Assembly: GCA_963801445.1 (NCBI GenBank)
Contig: CAWDEW010000010.1
Coordinates: forward strand, 21,338-85,337
Source: an uncultured Chloroflexia bacterium
GTDB taxonomy: Bacteria > Chloroflexota > Limnocylindria > Limnocylindrales > CSP1-4
Direction of reading: 5' to 3'
DNA: 64,000 bases
Shown: one piece after another, positions 37,853-48,342 of the stretch
How positions within the stretch are numbered: the stretch's first letter is position 1
Layout: the number at the start of each line of letters is the position of its first letter
The notes under the pieces: generated by a model
Told to the model about the DNA's origin: nothing
Seen by the model: the letters and a program-made list of their open reading frames with translations, nothing else
Database searches by the model: none
Made by a program: the position numbers and the translations under genes

Positions 37853-39880
37853 GTGCTGTTCGCGGCTCTGATCGTCGGGTTCCTGGCCGGGATCGCGGCC
37901 GGCGGCAAGGTCGACAACCTTCTCGCGGTCCGCCTGCGCTGGGCGCTGGTGATCTTCGGCGCGGTCGCGCTCCGCCTCGGCACCGAGGCCGCGCTCTCTC
38001 GAGGCATCGCCGTCGCCGACCAGCTGCGGGTGCCGCTGCTGGGTGCCGCGTACCTCGTGCTGGCCGTCGGCCTCTGGGTGAACCGATCGCGCCCGGGGAT
38101 GACCCTGGCCCTCGTCGGGATCGGTGCCAACGCGTTCGCGATCCTGGTGAACGGCGGCTACATGCCGGTCTGGAGCGCCAGCCTCATCGCGGCGGGCTTC
38201 CCGGCCGACGAGCCGCTCTCGGCGATCCACAAGGTCCTCTCGGCGGCCGACGTGAGCTTCCTGACGTCGGCGGGGCCACTGGGCGACATCATCCCGATCG
38301 GCCTGGCGCCCCTCCGGAACGTCCTCTCGATCGGCGATGTGCTGCTGGCCGCGGGCCTGGCCTTCTTCCTGTTCGCGAGCCTGGTCCGCCGCCCGGGCGA
38401 GCTGGAGACGCTCGCCGAGCGCGTCCGCACGGGGCCGCTCCCGGCCCGCCCCGTCGCCCTCGGCGGAGTGGTCGCAGACGAGGCGTCACGCACGGTACGG
38501 CCCGGGACCGGGCTGGCCGGCGGGGTGCTGGACGCGGCGTCGGCCATGGACCGCCCGATGATGCTCGGCGGCTCGGGGGCCGGGATCGCCGTGCCGTCGC
38601 CGACCCGGGCCGTGGTGCTCCGCCGGCCGGTCGGGATCCGGGAGCGGGCGCTGCGCCACCCGTACGTGCGGCTGGCGTTGAACGGACCCTTCACCGCGCT
38701 CTGGACGGGCCAGGTCGTCAGCCTGTTCGGGGATCGGGTACACCAGATCGCCCTGGCCGCGCTGGTGCTCGGGACGACCGGGTCGGCGCTGGCGGCGGGC
38801 CTCGTGTTCGCGGCTGCCGCCCTCCCGAACCTCCTGTTCGGTCCGTTCGCCGGCGTGCTCGTGGACCGCTGGAACCAGAAGCACGTGATGATCGCCAGCG
38901 ACCTCATCCGGGCCGCGATCGTGCTGTCCATCCCGGCCAGCACGGCAATGAACGTCACCCTGGTCTATCCGCTGGTCTTCGTGCTCACGACCGTCTCGAT
39001 CTTCTTCCGCCCCGCGCGGACCGCCGTGATCCCGCGCCTCGTGCGGGAGGACGAGCTGACCGCCGCGAACTCCGCGACGTGGATCGGCGAGACCCTCGCC
39101 GATGTCGCGGGCTACCCGATCGCCGGGCTGTTCGTGGGGGTCCTCGGCGGTGCGGTGGCGGTGGCCTTCTGGGTCGACTCGGCGACCTACGTCGCGTCGG
39201 CCGCGCTGATCGCGGTGACGGCCATCCCGCCCGTGGTGCGGACGCTGGCTGATGCCGGCAAGGGCATCGCGGGCTTCCGCCGTGACCTGGTCGCCGGCTG
39301 GACCTTCCTCCGTCACGAACCCGTCCTGCTCGCGAACACGCTCCAGGCGATCGTCGGGCAGGCGACGATCGGCGTCGCGATCACGCTCGTGCCCGTCTTC
39401 GCCCGGGACGTCCTGAGGGATTCCTCGCTCCCGTGGGAGACCACCTACGCCTACATGGAGGCGGTCCTCGGGATGGGCAACCTGATCGGCGGCTTCTTCA
39501 TCGGCCTGCTGGGCGCCCGGCTCGCGAAGGGGCGGATGGTGATCGTCGGCTACGTCGCCTACGGCCTGCTCGTCGCCGGCTTCGCATTCGCCGGCAACGT
39601 GGCCATCGCGATCGGGCTCTCGTTCGGGATGGGGATCGCGAACATGGTGTTCGTCATCCCGACCCAGACGCTCTTCCAGGAGCGAACCCCGAACGAGCTC
39701 CTGGGGCGAGTCGTGAGCTTCCGCTTCTCGGCGGTCTTCGGCGCGATGACGCTCGCGATGGCGGTCGGGGGGATCCTCGGCGAGGCGTTCGGTGCGCCGC
39801 TCGTCCTCGGGGCGTTCGGCCTCCTGACCGCGTTCGCCGGGCTGGCCGGCACGGCAAGTCGCCCACTGCGCGACGCGTAG
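37853..39880 (+). CDS. DUF5317 domain fused to an MFS transporter
   Basis: N-terminal GIGAN..ILVNGGYMPV and LGDIIP...VLSIGDVLL (DUF5317 hallmarks); C-terminal FTALWTGQVVSLFGD, GVLVDRWN, LLGRVVS (12-TM MFS). Confidence 0.85.
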   Translation: MLFAALIVGFLAGIAAGGKVDNLLAVRLRWALVIFGAVALRLGTEAALSRGIAVADQLRVPLLGAAYLVLAVGLWVNRSRPGMTLALVGIGANAFAILVNGGYMPVWSASLIAAGFPADEPLSAIHKVLSAADVSFLTSAGPLGDIIPIGLAPLRNVLSIGDVLLAAGLAFFLFASLVRRPGELETLAERVRTGPLPARPVALGGVVADEASRTVRPGTGLAGGVLDAASAMDRPMMLGGSGAGIAVPSPTRAVVLRRPVGIRERALRHPYVRLALNGPFTALWTGQVVSLFGDRVHQIALAALVLGTTGSALAAGLVFAAAALPNLLFGPFAGVLVDRWNQKHVMIASDLIRAAIVLSIPASTAMNVTLVYPLVFVLTTVSIFFRPARTAVIPRLVREDELTAANSATWIGETLADVAGYPIAGLFVGVLGGAVAVAFWVDSATYVASAALIAVTAIPPVVRTLADAGKGIAGFRRDLVAGWTFLRHEPVLLANTLQAIVGQATIGVAITLVPVFARDVLRDSSLPWETTYAYMEAVLGMGNLIGGFFIGLLGARLAKGRMVIVGYVAYGLLVAGFAFAGNVAIAIGLSFGMGIANMVFVIPTQTLFQERTPNELLGRVVSFRFSAVFGAMTLAMAVGGILGEAFGAPLVLGAFGLLTAFAGLAGTASRPLRDA

Positions 39881-39982
39881 GGGCGGCCCTCCGCTACACT
39901 CAGCGGCCGGAGCGCACCTCGCCTCGCGAGAGCAGCGCGCACGTCGCTGGACGGCGACGACCACGGAGGAGTGACGCACGCG

Positions 39983-40567
39983 ATGACCGAGCGGGACGAC
40001 CGCGCGCCGGGCGACGAGCCCGAGGAGGCGCAGGACGGCGAGGCGCTCGAGGCCGGGGCCGAAGGCGAAGGTGAAGGCGAAGGCGACGAGGGCATCGACG
40101 AGACGGCCCCCGTCGATGAGACGGGCTGGGAGGCGGAGGACGCCGCCGTCGAGCAGGCGAGCGCCGGCGAGCGCCCCCGGCCGACCGGCCGCTCGCGGCG
40201 TGGCATGCCGGTCGTCGCGCCCGCACCCACCGCCTCCGACGTCGCGGTCCACATCGACGACCGGGTCTCCAAGGGGTTCGTGATCGCGGTCGCGGCGCTG
40301 TTCGTGCTGGCCTTCCTGTACCCGCTGTTCCTGGGCCACGGCGGCCTCTTCACGCCGATCGTCACGCCTGCTCCGACGGCCGTGCCCGCGATAGAAACGC
40401 CACCCCCGACCGCATCGCCTGCGCCCTCGGCAACGGCCTCCGCGTCGCCCGCCGTCTCGGGTTCGCCTGCAGCGTCGGCGGCGGCGTCCACGTCGCCGGC
40501 TCCATCTGCCTCGGCGACCGCCTCCAGGTCGCCGGCGCCGTCCCCGTCGGGTTCCAAGGCTCCCTAA
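39983..40567 (+). CDS. Bitopic membrane protein: acidic N-terminus, one TM, Ser/Ala/Pro/Thr-rich C-terminus
   Basis: Translation; GGAGGA upstream. Confidence 0.65.
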   Translation: MTERDDRAPGDEPEEAQDGEALEAGAEGEGEGEGDEGIDETAPVDETGWEAEDAAVEQASAGERPRPTGRSRRGMPVVAPAPTASDVAVHIDDRVSKGFVIAVAALFVLAFLYPLFLGHGGLFTPIVTPAPTAVPAIETPPPTASPAPSATASASPAVSGSPAASAAASTSPAPSASATASRSPAPSPSGSKAP

Positions 40568-40667
40568 GCGCCGACGCAGGGGGCGGGCGCCGCAGGGGGC
40601 GCGGACCCGGGGTGGGCGCCGACCCAGGGGCAGGGGCGCCGGCGCGCCCGGGGTCTATGCTCGCGGC

Positions 40668-41321
40668 GTGAGCGCCACGCGCGATCCATACGCGGCCGAG
40701 CGCGCCGCGATGCTCGCCCAGCTCCGCGCCCGCGGCCTGACCGACCGTCGGGTGCTGGACGCCATGGACAGCGTGCCCCGCGAGGAGTTCGTCGAGCCGG
40801 GAGACCGGCCGCGGGCGTATGCGGACGCGGCAATCCCCATCGCCGCGGGGCAGGCGATCAGCCAGCCCCTGATGGTCGCGATCATGACCGAGCTGCTGCG
40901 GGTCGAGCCGGGCATGCGAGTCCTGGAGATCGGCACCGGGTCGGGGTACCAGGCCGCCATCCTCGCGGTCATGGGCTGCCAGGTCACCGGGATCGAGCGC
41001 CTGTCCGGGCTGGCGACGACCGCCCGGGCCCGAATCGCCGCGCTGGGCCTGGGCGAGCGGGTGGATGTCCGGGTGGGCGACGGCACCCTCGGCGCCCCCG
41101 ACGGCGCCCCCTGGCCGAGGATCCTGGTCACGGCGGCCGCGCAGCGGATCCCCCAGGCGCTGGCCGGCCAGCTGGCCGAGGGCGGCCGAATCGTGATCCC
41201 GGTCGGCACGCGCTGGGAGCAGGACCTGCTCGTCGGCGAGCGCCGCGGCACGGATCTCGAGATCAGCAGCCACGGCGGGTGCGTGTTCGTCCCGCTCGTC
41301 GGCGAGGGCGGCTGGCGCTGA
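40668..41321 (+). CDS. pcm: Protein-L-isoaspartate O-methyltransferase
   Basis: VPREEF, QAISQP, VLEIGTGSGYQAA, ILVTAAA, FVPLVG. Confidence 0.95.
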   Translation: MSATRDPYAAERAAMLAQLRARGLTDRRVLDAMDSVPREEFVEPGDRPRAYADAAIPIAAGQAISQPLMVAIMTELLRVEPGMRVLEIGTGSGYQAAILAVMGCQVTGIERLSGLATTARARIAALGLGERVDVRVGDGTLGAPDGAPWPRILVTAAAQRIPQALAGQLAEGGRIVIPVGTRWEQDLLVGERRGTDLEISSHGGCVFVPLVGEGGWR

Positions 41322-41367
41322 GCGGCCGCGCCTTCGGCCCAGGCCTCGACGGTATACTCGCCGCGCC

Positions 41368-42444
41368 ATGACCCACGTCTTCGTCGCCCCCCACCCCGAC
41401 GACGTCGCCCTCTCGTGCGGCGGGCTGGTCGCCAGCCTGCGCGAGATCGGCCAGAACGTCACGATCATCACGGTCTTCTCCGGGAACGGCGCGTCGAGCG
41501 CGCTCAGCCCGTACCAGCGCGAGGCGCTCGGCTTCGGGAGCAAGGCGATCTGGCCGACCACGGAGGCCTTCAATCGGGCCAACATCGCGGCGGACGAGCC
41601 GCTGGACCCGGGGGCGACCGCGCCGTACTTCGCCCAGAAGGATCGGCTCGACGCGACGCAGGCCGAGGCGGACGCGGCGGCGAAGCGCTTCTGGCAGCGC
41701 TCCTCGTGGTACCGGCGGGCCGACATCCACAGCCGCTCGCTCGCCGGCCAGGCGCTGATGGACGACGTGCCCCAGGCCGGCGCACTCCTGACCGACGCGC
41801 TGGTCGAGGCAAGGGCAGCCGGGGACCTGATGGCCGCCCGACGGCTCGAGGACGAGGCGTACGCCTACTTCGCCGAGGCGTCGATCGTCTTCCTGGACCA
41901 GCCGGATGCGGTCTTCCGCGGCTACGAAGGAGATGAGCAGCTCCTGGCCAGGCCGCGCGACGACGATCGCGCGCCCCTCGACCTCCTCGTCAGGGAGATC
42001 GCCCGGCTCGAACCCCAGAAGGTCTACCTCCCGCTGGGCATCGGTGACCACGTGGATCACCAGCTCATGCGCGAGGTGGGCGTGGCGCTCCTGGAGCTCG
42101 GTCGGCGCTGGGTGATGCCCGGGCCGGAGTACGCCGGGATCGTCACGTACTACGAGGACTTCCCGTACGCGTGGTGGAACGGGTTCGACCGGCTGGGGGA
42201 CCTGCCGGCCGGCGCGTTCGCGGGGCTCCCGCCCGACATCGGGATCACGCCCGAGTACGCGGACATCGGCGACATGCTCGACCGCAAGATCACCGGCATC
42301 GCGCTCTACGAGAGCCAGCTTGACCGGCTGTTCGGCGGCCGCGATGCGATGGCGGATGCCGTCCGCGGGTACGGCGCGAAGGTCGCGGGGCTCGCCGGTC
42401 GTGGCGGTGCCGCGGAGCGCTACTGGGCGAGCTCGAGGATCTGA
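41368..42444 (+). CDS. PIG-L/LmbE family deacetylase
   Basis: APHPDDVALSCGG, RRLED, HVDHQL, YYEDFPY. Confidence 0.85.
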   Translation: MTHVFVAPHPDDVALSCGGLVASLREIGQNVTIITVFSGNGASSALSPYQREALGFGSKAIWPTTEAFNRANIAADEPLDPGATAPYFAQKDRLDATQAEADAAAKRFWQRSSWYRRADIHSRSLAGQALMDDVPQAGALLTDALVEARAAGDLMAARRLEDEAYAYFAEASIVFLDQPDAVFRGYEGDEQLLARPRDDDRAPLDLLVREIARLEPQKVYLPLGIGDHVDHQLMREVGVALLELGRRWVMPGPEYAGIVTYYEDFPYAWWNGFDRLGDLPAGAFAGLPPDIGITPEYADIGDMLDRKITGIALYESQLDRLFGGRDAMADAVRGYGAKVAGLAGRGGAAERYWASSRI

Positions 42445-42512
42445 CGACGGCGCGGGCGGCAGCGCGTGAGGGCGGCCGATCGCCAGGGCAATACGGCGCC
42501 CTCGTCGCTGCG

Positions 42513-43742
42513 GTGCTCGCGCTCGCCCTGAGCGTCCTCCGGAGGCCGGAGACCGTTCTCCGCCCCCAGTTCTTCAACGAGGATGGCCAGGTCTTCTACA
42601 TCGCGACGTACTTCGACAACGTGTGGAATGTCGTGATGCGCCCCTACGCGGGGTACCTCCACCTGGCCCCGCGCGTCGGGGCCTACGTTGCCCGGGCCGT
42701 TCCGGTCGCGGACGCCCCGCTCGTGGCGAATGCCTTCGCGCTGCTCATCACGGTTGCCGTCGCCTCGTATGCCGGCAGTGCCCGGATGTCCCGACTCGTC
42801 GGCGACTGGCGCCTCCGGGTGGTCCTGGGAGCATCAGTCGCGCTCGTCCCCGCGAGCGTGGAGACGCTGGGGTCACTGACCTATGTCCAGTGGTACCTCG
42901 CGATCTGGCTCGTGCTGTTCGCATGCTCGACGCCCGCCCCGGACCGGCGTTGGGCGGCACTCGACGTCCTCCTCGTGGCGACGGCGTGCTTCAGTGGCCC
43001 ATTCGCCGTGCTCTTCGCGCCGCTCATCGTCGTTCGCCTCGTCGGCTCGCGGGGCATTGGACGGCTGGCACCGGCGATCGGGCTGGTAGGGAGTGGCGTC
43101 CAGGCGCTCCTGTTCGTGGGTGCCCAGCGACTCTCGGCCGCGCACGGCATCGACGGTCCGGGGGCGCTCCTCGTGGTGCTCTACCGGGGGATCGTCGGCT
43201 CGGTGCTCGGTCCGACGATCTCCACCCTTGCCCTTCCGCAACCTGCCTGGACCCTGCCTGTCGTCGCAGCGGCCATCGGGCTGGCTGGTCTCGTCGCGAT
43301 CTCGATGTGGGCCATTCCGTTCGAGTCGCGCTGGAGACTGCTGTGGGCAGCCGGAGCGGTCGTGGCGGGTGGCATCCTCGCCCAGACATCGGGCACCCAG
43401 GCACTGCTCGCAGATTCGTTCGCCGGTTCGCGCTACTTCCTCGTGCCCGGGTTCGTGGCGATGGCGGTGGCTGTCGGTGCGCTCGGTCGCGCGGGGCCGC
43501 GCGTGCGCGCCAGCACGCTCGTCCTGGCGGCGCTGCTCACCATCGGCACCGTCTTCGACTTTCGCCTGGCGCCCCAGCCGGACCTGCACTGGCCCACGGC
43601 CAGCGCGTGCATCGGGGGCGCTGATCCATGCTCAGTTCCCGTCCACTACGTCGAGGCCTGGACGATCAGGTGGCCCGGTGCCGGCGCGCCGTATTCCCAG
43701 CCGTCAACGAATGGGACTGGCCAGGGAACCTCGAGCCCGTGA
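42513..43742 (+). CDS. Polytopic membrane protein, probable GT-C glycosyltransferase
   Basis: RRP....PQFFNEDG..F, PYAGYLHLAPR, RYF; about 11 TM; start uncertain. Confidence 0.55.
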   Translation: MLALALSVLRRPETVLRPQFFNEDGQVFYIATYFDNVWNVVMRPYAGYLHLAPRVGAYVARAVPVADAPLVANAFALLITVAVASYAGSARMSRLVGDWRLRVVLGASVALVPASVETLGSLTYVQWYLAIWLVLFACSTPAPDRRWAALDVLLVATACFSGPFAVLFAPLIVVRLVGSRGIGRLAPAIGLVGSGVQALLFVGAQRLSAAHGIDGPGALLVVLYRGIVGSVLGPTISTLALPQPAWTLPVVAAAIGLAGLVAISMWAIPFESRWRLLWAAGAVVAGGILAQTSGTQALLADSFAGSRYFLVPGFVAMAVAVGALGRAGPRVRASTLVLAALLTIGTVFDFRLAPQPDLHWPTASACIGGADPCSVPVHYVEAWTIRWPGAGAPYSQPSTNGTGQGTSSP

Positions 43743-43829
43743 CACCCGACCGCAATCGGTCGGCACATCGCGGGTCGGCACATCGCGGGTCGGGCACGCC
43801 GCGAGGCTCGCGGAGCGTCGACGGCGCAC

Positions 43830-44655
43830 TCACGCCGGTGCGCTGGGCCGCCGGAGGAGGCGCCGCAGCCGCCCGACGAACGCCGCGCGGTACCAGCGCA
43901 GGTAGTGGGGCAGCCACTTGCGCAGCCGGAAGCGGCTCTCCCCGCCGGTCCGGTCACGCCAGGTCGTGGGTATCTCGGCCAGTCGCCGACCCTGGAGGGT
44001 GGCCTTGACCGTCAGCTCGAGGCCCAGCTCGAAGCCGGCCTCGCTCTCGATGGTGGTGGCATCCAGGAAGCGCCGGCTGTAGAGCTTGAAGTTGTTCGTG
44101 GCGTCGTGGACGGGCACGCCGGCAAGCCAGTGGAGCGAGAGCCCGGCGAGCCGTGACAGGGTCCGCTTGAGGAGCGGGCCCCCGACCTGGTGACCGCCGC
44201 GGACGTACCGGCTGGCAGCCACGACGTCGGCGCCGGCCCGCGCGAGCTCCAGCATCCGGTCCACGTGCCCGTACTCGTCGGAGCCGTCGGCCATCGTGAC
44301 CAGGACGTAGGGAGCCCGGGCGGCGGCGATCCCGGAGCGCATCGCGTTGAGGACGCCCTTGCCGAGGTCGTTGCGGTGCGCCCGGAGCCCGGGGATCTCG
44401 TCCGCGAGGCGGGCCACCACGGGAACCGTCGTGTCCTCGGGCATGTCGTACACGACCAGCAGCTCGCAGGGCGCCCGGACCGCCGCCGCGAACGCGCGCA
44501 ACGTCGGCACCACCCGCTCGCCCTCGTTCCAGACGGGCATCACCACGGTCAGCGCGGGCGCCAGCGGAACCGCGCGCCGCCGGCGCCACGGAACCGCCGG
44601 GCGCCACGGAGCCGCCCGGCGCGGCCGGAGTGGTCGACCCGAGCTCAGCGCCCAC
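43830..44655 (-). CDS. Glycosyltransferase family 2; probable frameshift near 44570
   Basis: VVMPVWNEG, VYD..ED.T, MADGSD, ASRYVRGG, DATNNFKLY. Confidence 0.85.
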
Positions 44656-44658
44656 GGA

Positions 44659-45681
44659 TCAGATCCGGCCCGCCAATTCCTCGGCCCGGATCCAGGGGAT
44701 CACCTCGTCCAGCATCTCGGAGAGGCTCGTGGAGGCGGCGAAGCCGAGGACCGCGGTCGCCTTGCGCACGTCCGGCACGCGGTGCTGCACGTCGTGCTCG
44801 AAGGGCGGGTCGGACACCGTGCGGAAGGGGCGGTCCGGGCCGTTGACCTTGCGCCAGATCAGCTCGGCCAGCTCCAGGACCGTCGTGCTCGTCGGGGTGG
44901 ACAGGTTGAAGTCCTGGTTGACCGCGGCCGGCGACTCCATGGCCACGCGGATCCCGTGGGCCAGGTCGCCGCCGTACGTGTAGCAGCGCACCTGCGAGCC
45001 GTCCCCCAGGATGTGCAGCGGATCCTGGCCCCGGAGCACCTTGAGGACCAGGTCGGGAACGACGTGGCTGAGGGCCAGCTTCACGTTCCCGCTCATGACG
45101 TCCGTGTCGCGGACGGCCCGGCGCTCGCCGATCCCGACGCAGTTGAACGGCCGCAGGATCGTCCAGGGGAGCTGGTACTGCTCCCAGGCGCCCTTGGCGA
45201 AGTACTCCGAGGCGAGCTTCTGGAAGCCGTACGTCGAGAGCGGCGGGGGCGAGGTCCGCTCCGCGCCCTCGGGGGTCGGGAACACCGAGGCGGACTCGTA
45301 GACCATCGAGGACGAGAGGACCACGATCCGCTGGAGACGACCGGAACGATGCGCCTCGATCGCGGCGTCGAAGGTGGAGGCCAGGATCCGCTCGTTCTCC
45401 GCCAGCAGGTCATAGGCGAACTCGTGGAAGTAGCTGATCCCGCCGATCATCGCGGCCGCCGCAACGACCTGGTCGCAGCCGGCGATGAGCTCGCCCAGGA
45501 GGGACCCGTCCTTCGCATCGCCCTCGACGAGACGGTAGCGCGGGTGGTCGTCGTAGCTCCGGCGCGCCGGACCGTACTTGGAGAAGTTGTCGAGGCCCAC
45601 CACCTCGTGGCCGGCCTCCAGGAGCTCCGGGACGAGGTATCCACAGATGAACCCCGCGGCGCCCGTGACGAGGACGCGCAT
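44659..45681 (-). CDS. NAD-dependent epimerase/dehydratase
   Basis: VTGAAGFIC, SSSMVYE, YGFQK, RPFNCVG. Confidence 0.92.
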   Translation of the reverse strand: MRVLVTGAAGFICGYLVPELLEAGHEVVGLDNFSKYGPARRSYDDHPRYRLVEGDAKDGSLLGELIAGCDQVVAAAAMIGGISYFHEFAYDLLAENERILASTFDAAIEAHRSGRLQRIVVLSSSMVYESASVFPTPEGAERTSPPPLSTYGFQKLASEYFAKGAWEQYQLPWTILRPFNCVGIGERRAVRDTDVMSGNVKLALSHVVPDLVLKVLRGQDPLHILGDGSQVRCYTYGGDLAHGIRVAMESPAAVNQDFNLSTPTSTTVLELAELIWRKVNGPDRPFRTVSDPPFEHDVQHRVPDVRKATAVLGFAASTSLSEMLDEVIPWIRAEELAGRI

Positions 45682-46880
45682 CAGAGCACGATCCCGGCGC
45701 CGAGCGCGCCCCAGACGTCCACGACCTCGCGACCGCCCAGGTCGAGCTTCCGGTAGGCCCGGTGGGGCACGCCGAGGACCAGGATCTCGGCCTCGTCAAG
45801 CACGACCTCGAGCGGAACCAGCCGCCGGTCCTCCACGTACGGGTCCGTGCACAGCACGCGGGCTCCCGCCCAGGCCAGCAGCTTGCGGAGCTTGTAGCTG
45901 AGCGACGCCCGGTTGTCGTCGGATTCCGCCTTGAAGGCCATCCCCAGGATCCCGACCGACCGGCCGCGCAGCGATCCGTAGCGGCGCTCCATGGCGCCGA
46001 CCATGTAGGCCGGCATCCCCTCGTTGACCTGCATGGCCGACTGGCCCATCGGGAAATGGTCGCTCGTGAAGGCGGCCAGCTGCATCGCGTCCTTGAAGAG
46101 GCAGGGACCCGCGGCGAAGCCGGGGCCGGGCAGGTCCGCGGCACGCGGGTAGTCGCGCCGGATCGCGTCGAGGACGTTCGCGTAGTCGACGCCGGCCTGG
46201 TGGGCGACCATGAAGAACTGGTTGGCGATGGCGAACTTCATGTAGCGCCACGTGTTCGTGAACAGCTTCGCCAGCTCGGCCTCCTTGGTGGAGGTCCGGA
46301 TGATCAGGCTGGTGAGGCGCCGGAAGAGCGCCTCGGCGCGATCCCCGACGGCCGGGTCGTCCGCGCCCACCACCTGGGGCAGGGTGCGGAACTCCTCCAG
46401 GGCGTGGCCCTCCGCGATCCGCTCCGGGCAGAACGCCACGTCGGCGCGGCGACCGCGGGCCGCCAGCGCCTGCGCGACATAGGCGGTCGTGCCCGGGTAG
46501 ACGGTGCTCCGGAGCACGAGCAGCGCGCCGTCCCGGAGGTGGGGCGCGATCTGGTCCACGGCGCTCTCGAAGATCGTCATCGACGGGCCCAGGAACTCGT
46601 CCACCGGCGTCCCGATGACGATGATCACCGTGTCAGCCCGGCCGATCATCGCGCCGTCGGCGGAGAGCTCCAGGCGGCCGGTCGGAAGCACCGCCGCCAG
46701 CAGCTCGTCCGCGCCACTCTCGCGGAAGGGCATCTGCCCGGCCGCGATCCGGGCCAGCGTCGCCTCGTTCGTGTCGAAGATGCCCACCCGGAGGCCGGCC
46801 GCGGCGAAGGCGAGGCTCAGCGGGAGGCCGACGTGGCCTCCGCCGCCCAGAACGACAAGGTCCAGCGGTGTCTCGGTCAT
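45681..46880 (-). CDS. Nucleotide-sugar dehydrogenase (UDP-GlcNAc/ManNAc dehydrogenase family)
   Basis: GGGGHVGLP, LRSTVYPGTT, CPERI, AELAKL, GPCLFKD. Confidence 0.92.
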   Translation of the reverse strand: MTETPLDLVVLGGGGHVGLPLSLAFAAAGLRVGIFDTNEATLARIAAGQMPFRESGADELLAAVLPTGRLELSADGAMIGRADTVIIVIGTPVDEFLGPSMTIFESAVDQIAPHLRDGALLVLRSTVYPGTTAYVAQALAARGRRADVAFCPERIAEGHALEEFRTLPQVVGADDPAVGDRAEALFRRLTSLIIRTSTKEAELAKLFTNTWRYMKFAIANQFFMVAHQAGVDYANVLDAIRRDYPRAADLPGPGFAAGPCLFKDAMQLAAFTSDHFPMGQSAMQVNEGMPAYMVGAMERRYGSLRGRSVGILGMAFKAESDDNRASLSYKLRKLLAWAGARVLCTDPYVEDRRLVPLEVVLDEAEILVLGVPHRAYRKLDLGGREVVDVWGALGAGIVL

Positions 46881-46892
46881 GGGTCGACTCTA

Positions 46893-48342
46893 TCAGCCAC
46901 CAGGCACGGCGACGACGCCGACGTCGTCCGCATACTCGATCACCCAACCGGACCCGGACGCGCTCACCGTGGCGACGAGGGCCGCCTGGCGTGCCCGGTC
47001 GGCGACGATGACTGTCGCCCCCACCGCGCGGAGCCTCGCCAGGGCCTCGCTCCCGCCCGCGGCGATCGCGACGTAGTCGTCCCAGGTCGCCGCCGGGATC
47101 AGCTCGAACCGGCTGTCGACCATGACCGGGATCCCGGGCGCGGCCCACTCGAACCACGAGGCCCAGCGCTGCGCCACGACCACGCGATCCGCAGCGGACG
47201 CACGCCTCGAGACCGCCGCGGCAAGCCCGACCGGCGCATCCGTCAGCAATCCCTCGGGACCCGCGATGGTCCGCGACGGCTGCCAGGTCGGCTGCAGCAG
47301 CGCGACGAGGGCGCCGAGGGCGAGCGCGATCCCCACGTTGAGCCTTCGAAGGCCCATCGGCTCCGCGCGAACCTCGCGGGGGCCCGTGGTCGCCGACGCG
47401 GGCAGCAGGCGGGCCAAGCGCGGGCGCGACCACGGCCGGGGCGCCGAACGCCCACCACACCACGCCGCGCTCTGCCCACGCGCCCACCACCAAGAGGCCG
47501 GCCAGCCAGAGCAGGCCGGCCAGGGGTGGCCGGCCTGCGGCGCGGCGATGTCCGGCGACCACGCCCGCGGCGACCAGGCCCGCGGTCGCGTAGAACAGGC
47601 CGCCCTCGAACGTGAGGGGGTTCGTGCGCTGCCACTCCGACACCAGGAGGGCCACGTCGCCGTTCGTCGAGAGCCCGACGGCATAGGCCCAGACAGCCGG
47701 GCCGAATGGCGTCGCGATGCTGGCGGCGACGCTCAGGGCCAGGATGGCGGCGCTCCGCCTGGCGCTGCGGTCCGGAGGTCGAAGGTCCGCGAGCAGCGCG
47801 AGAGCCGCCGCGCCGACCCCCAGGAAGAAGCTTCCGTGCAGGTTGGCCCAGGCCAGGATGACCAGCGGCACGAGGAGCGCGAGCCGTGGATGGCGCCGCC
47901 GCTCCACGAGCAGCGCGATGACGACGACGAAGCAGACGATCCCGAACAGCTGCGCCCGGAGCGCCAGGGAACCGATCCCGACGAAGAACGCCCCGAGCGC
48001 GAGCATCGCCGCGGGCCGCACCGGCAGCCATCGTCGCGCCGTCCAGAAGACGACGGCGACGATCACGCCGACCAGCACCGAGCGCAGGAGGGCGAGCCCC
48101 GCCCACCCGCCGACGGAGTAGCCCAGCGAGAGGAGCACGCCGGCCAGCCACTGCTGGTTGAGCCACGGCTGGCCCGCCGCCGTGAACGTCAGCGAGTCCA
48201 CGCGCAGGACGGTGCCCGACGCGCGCATCAGGTCCCCGACGTGCACCTGGTAGGCAAGGTCCACGGTGGAGATCGGGGCGATGGTGGCGCCCAGGACCGG
48301 GAGCAGGACGGCCAGCACCATCCAGAGGCGTTCGCGGCTCAT
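46893..48342 (-). CDS. Polytopic membrane protein, probable GT-C glycosyltransferase; frameshift near 47420
   Basis: DLAY.V..G.......D.LTFT..GQPWLNQQWL, WANLHGSF, S.WQ..P. Confidence 0.65.

Noticed and set aside
43759-43797. 15-bp tandem repeat GTCGGCACATCGCGG x2 plus partial
   Set aside because: Short intergenic duplication between convergent genes with no recognisable function.
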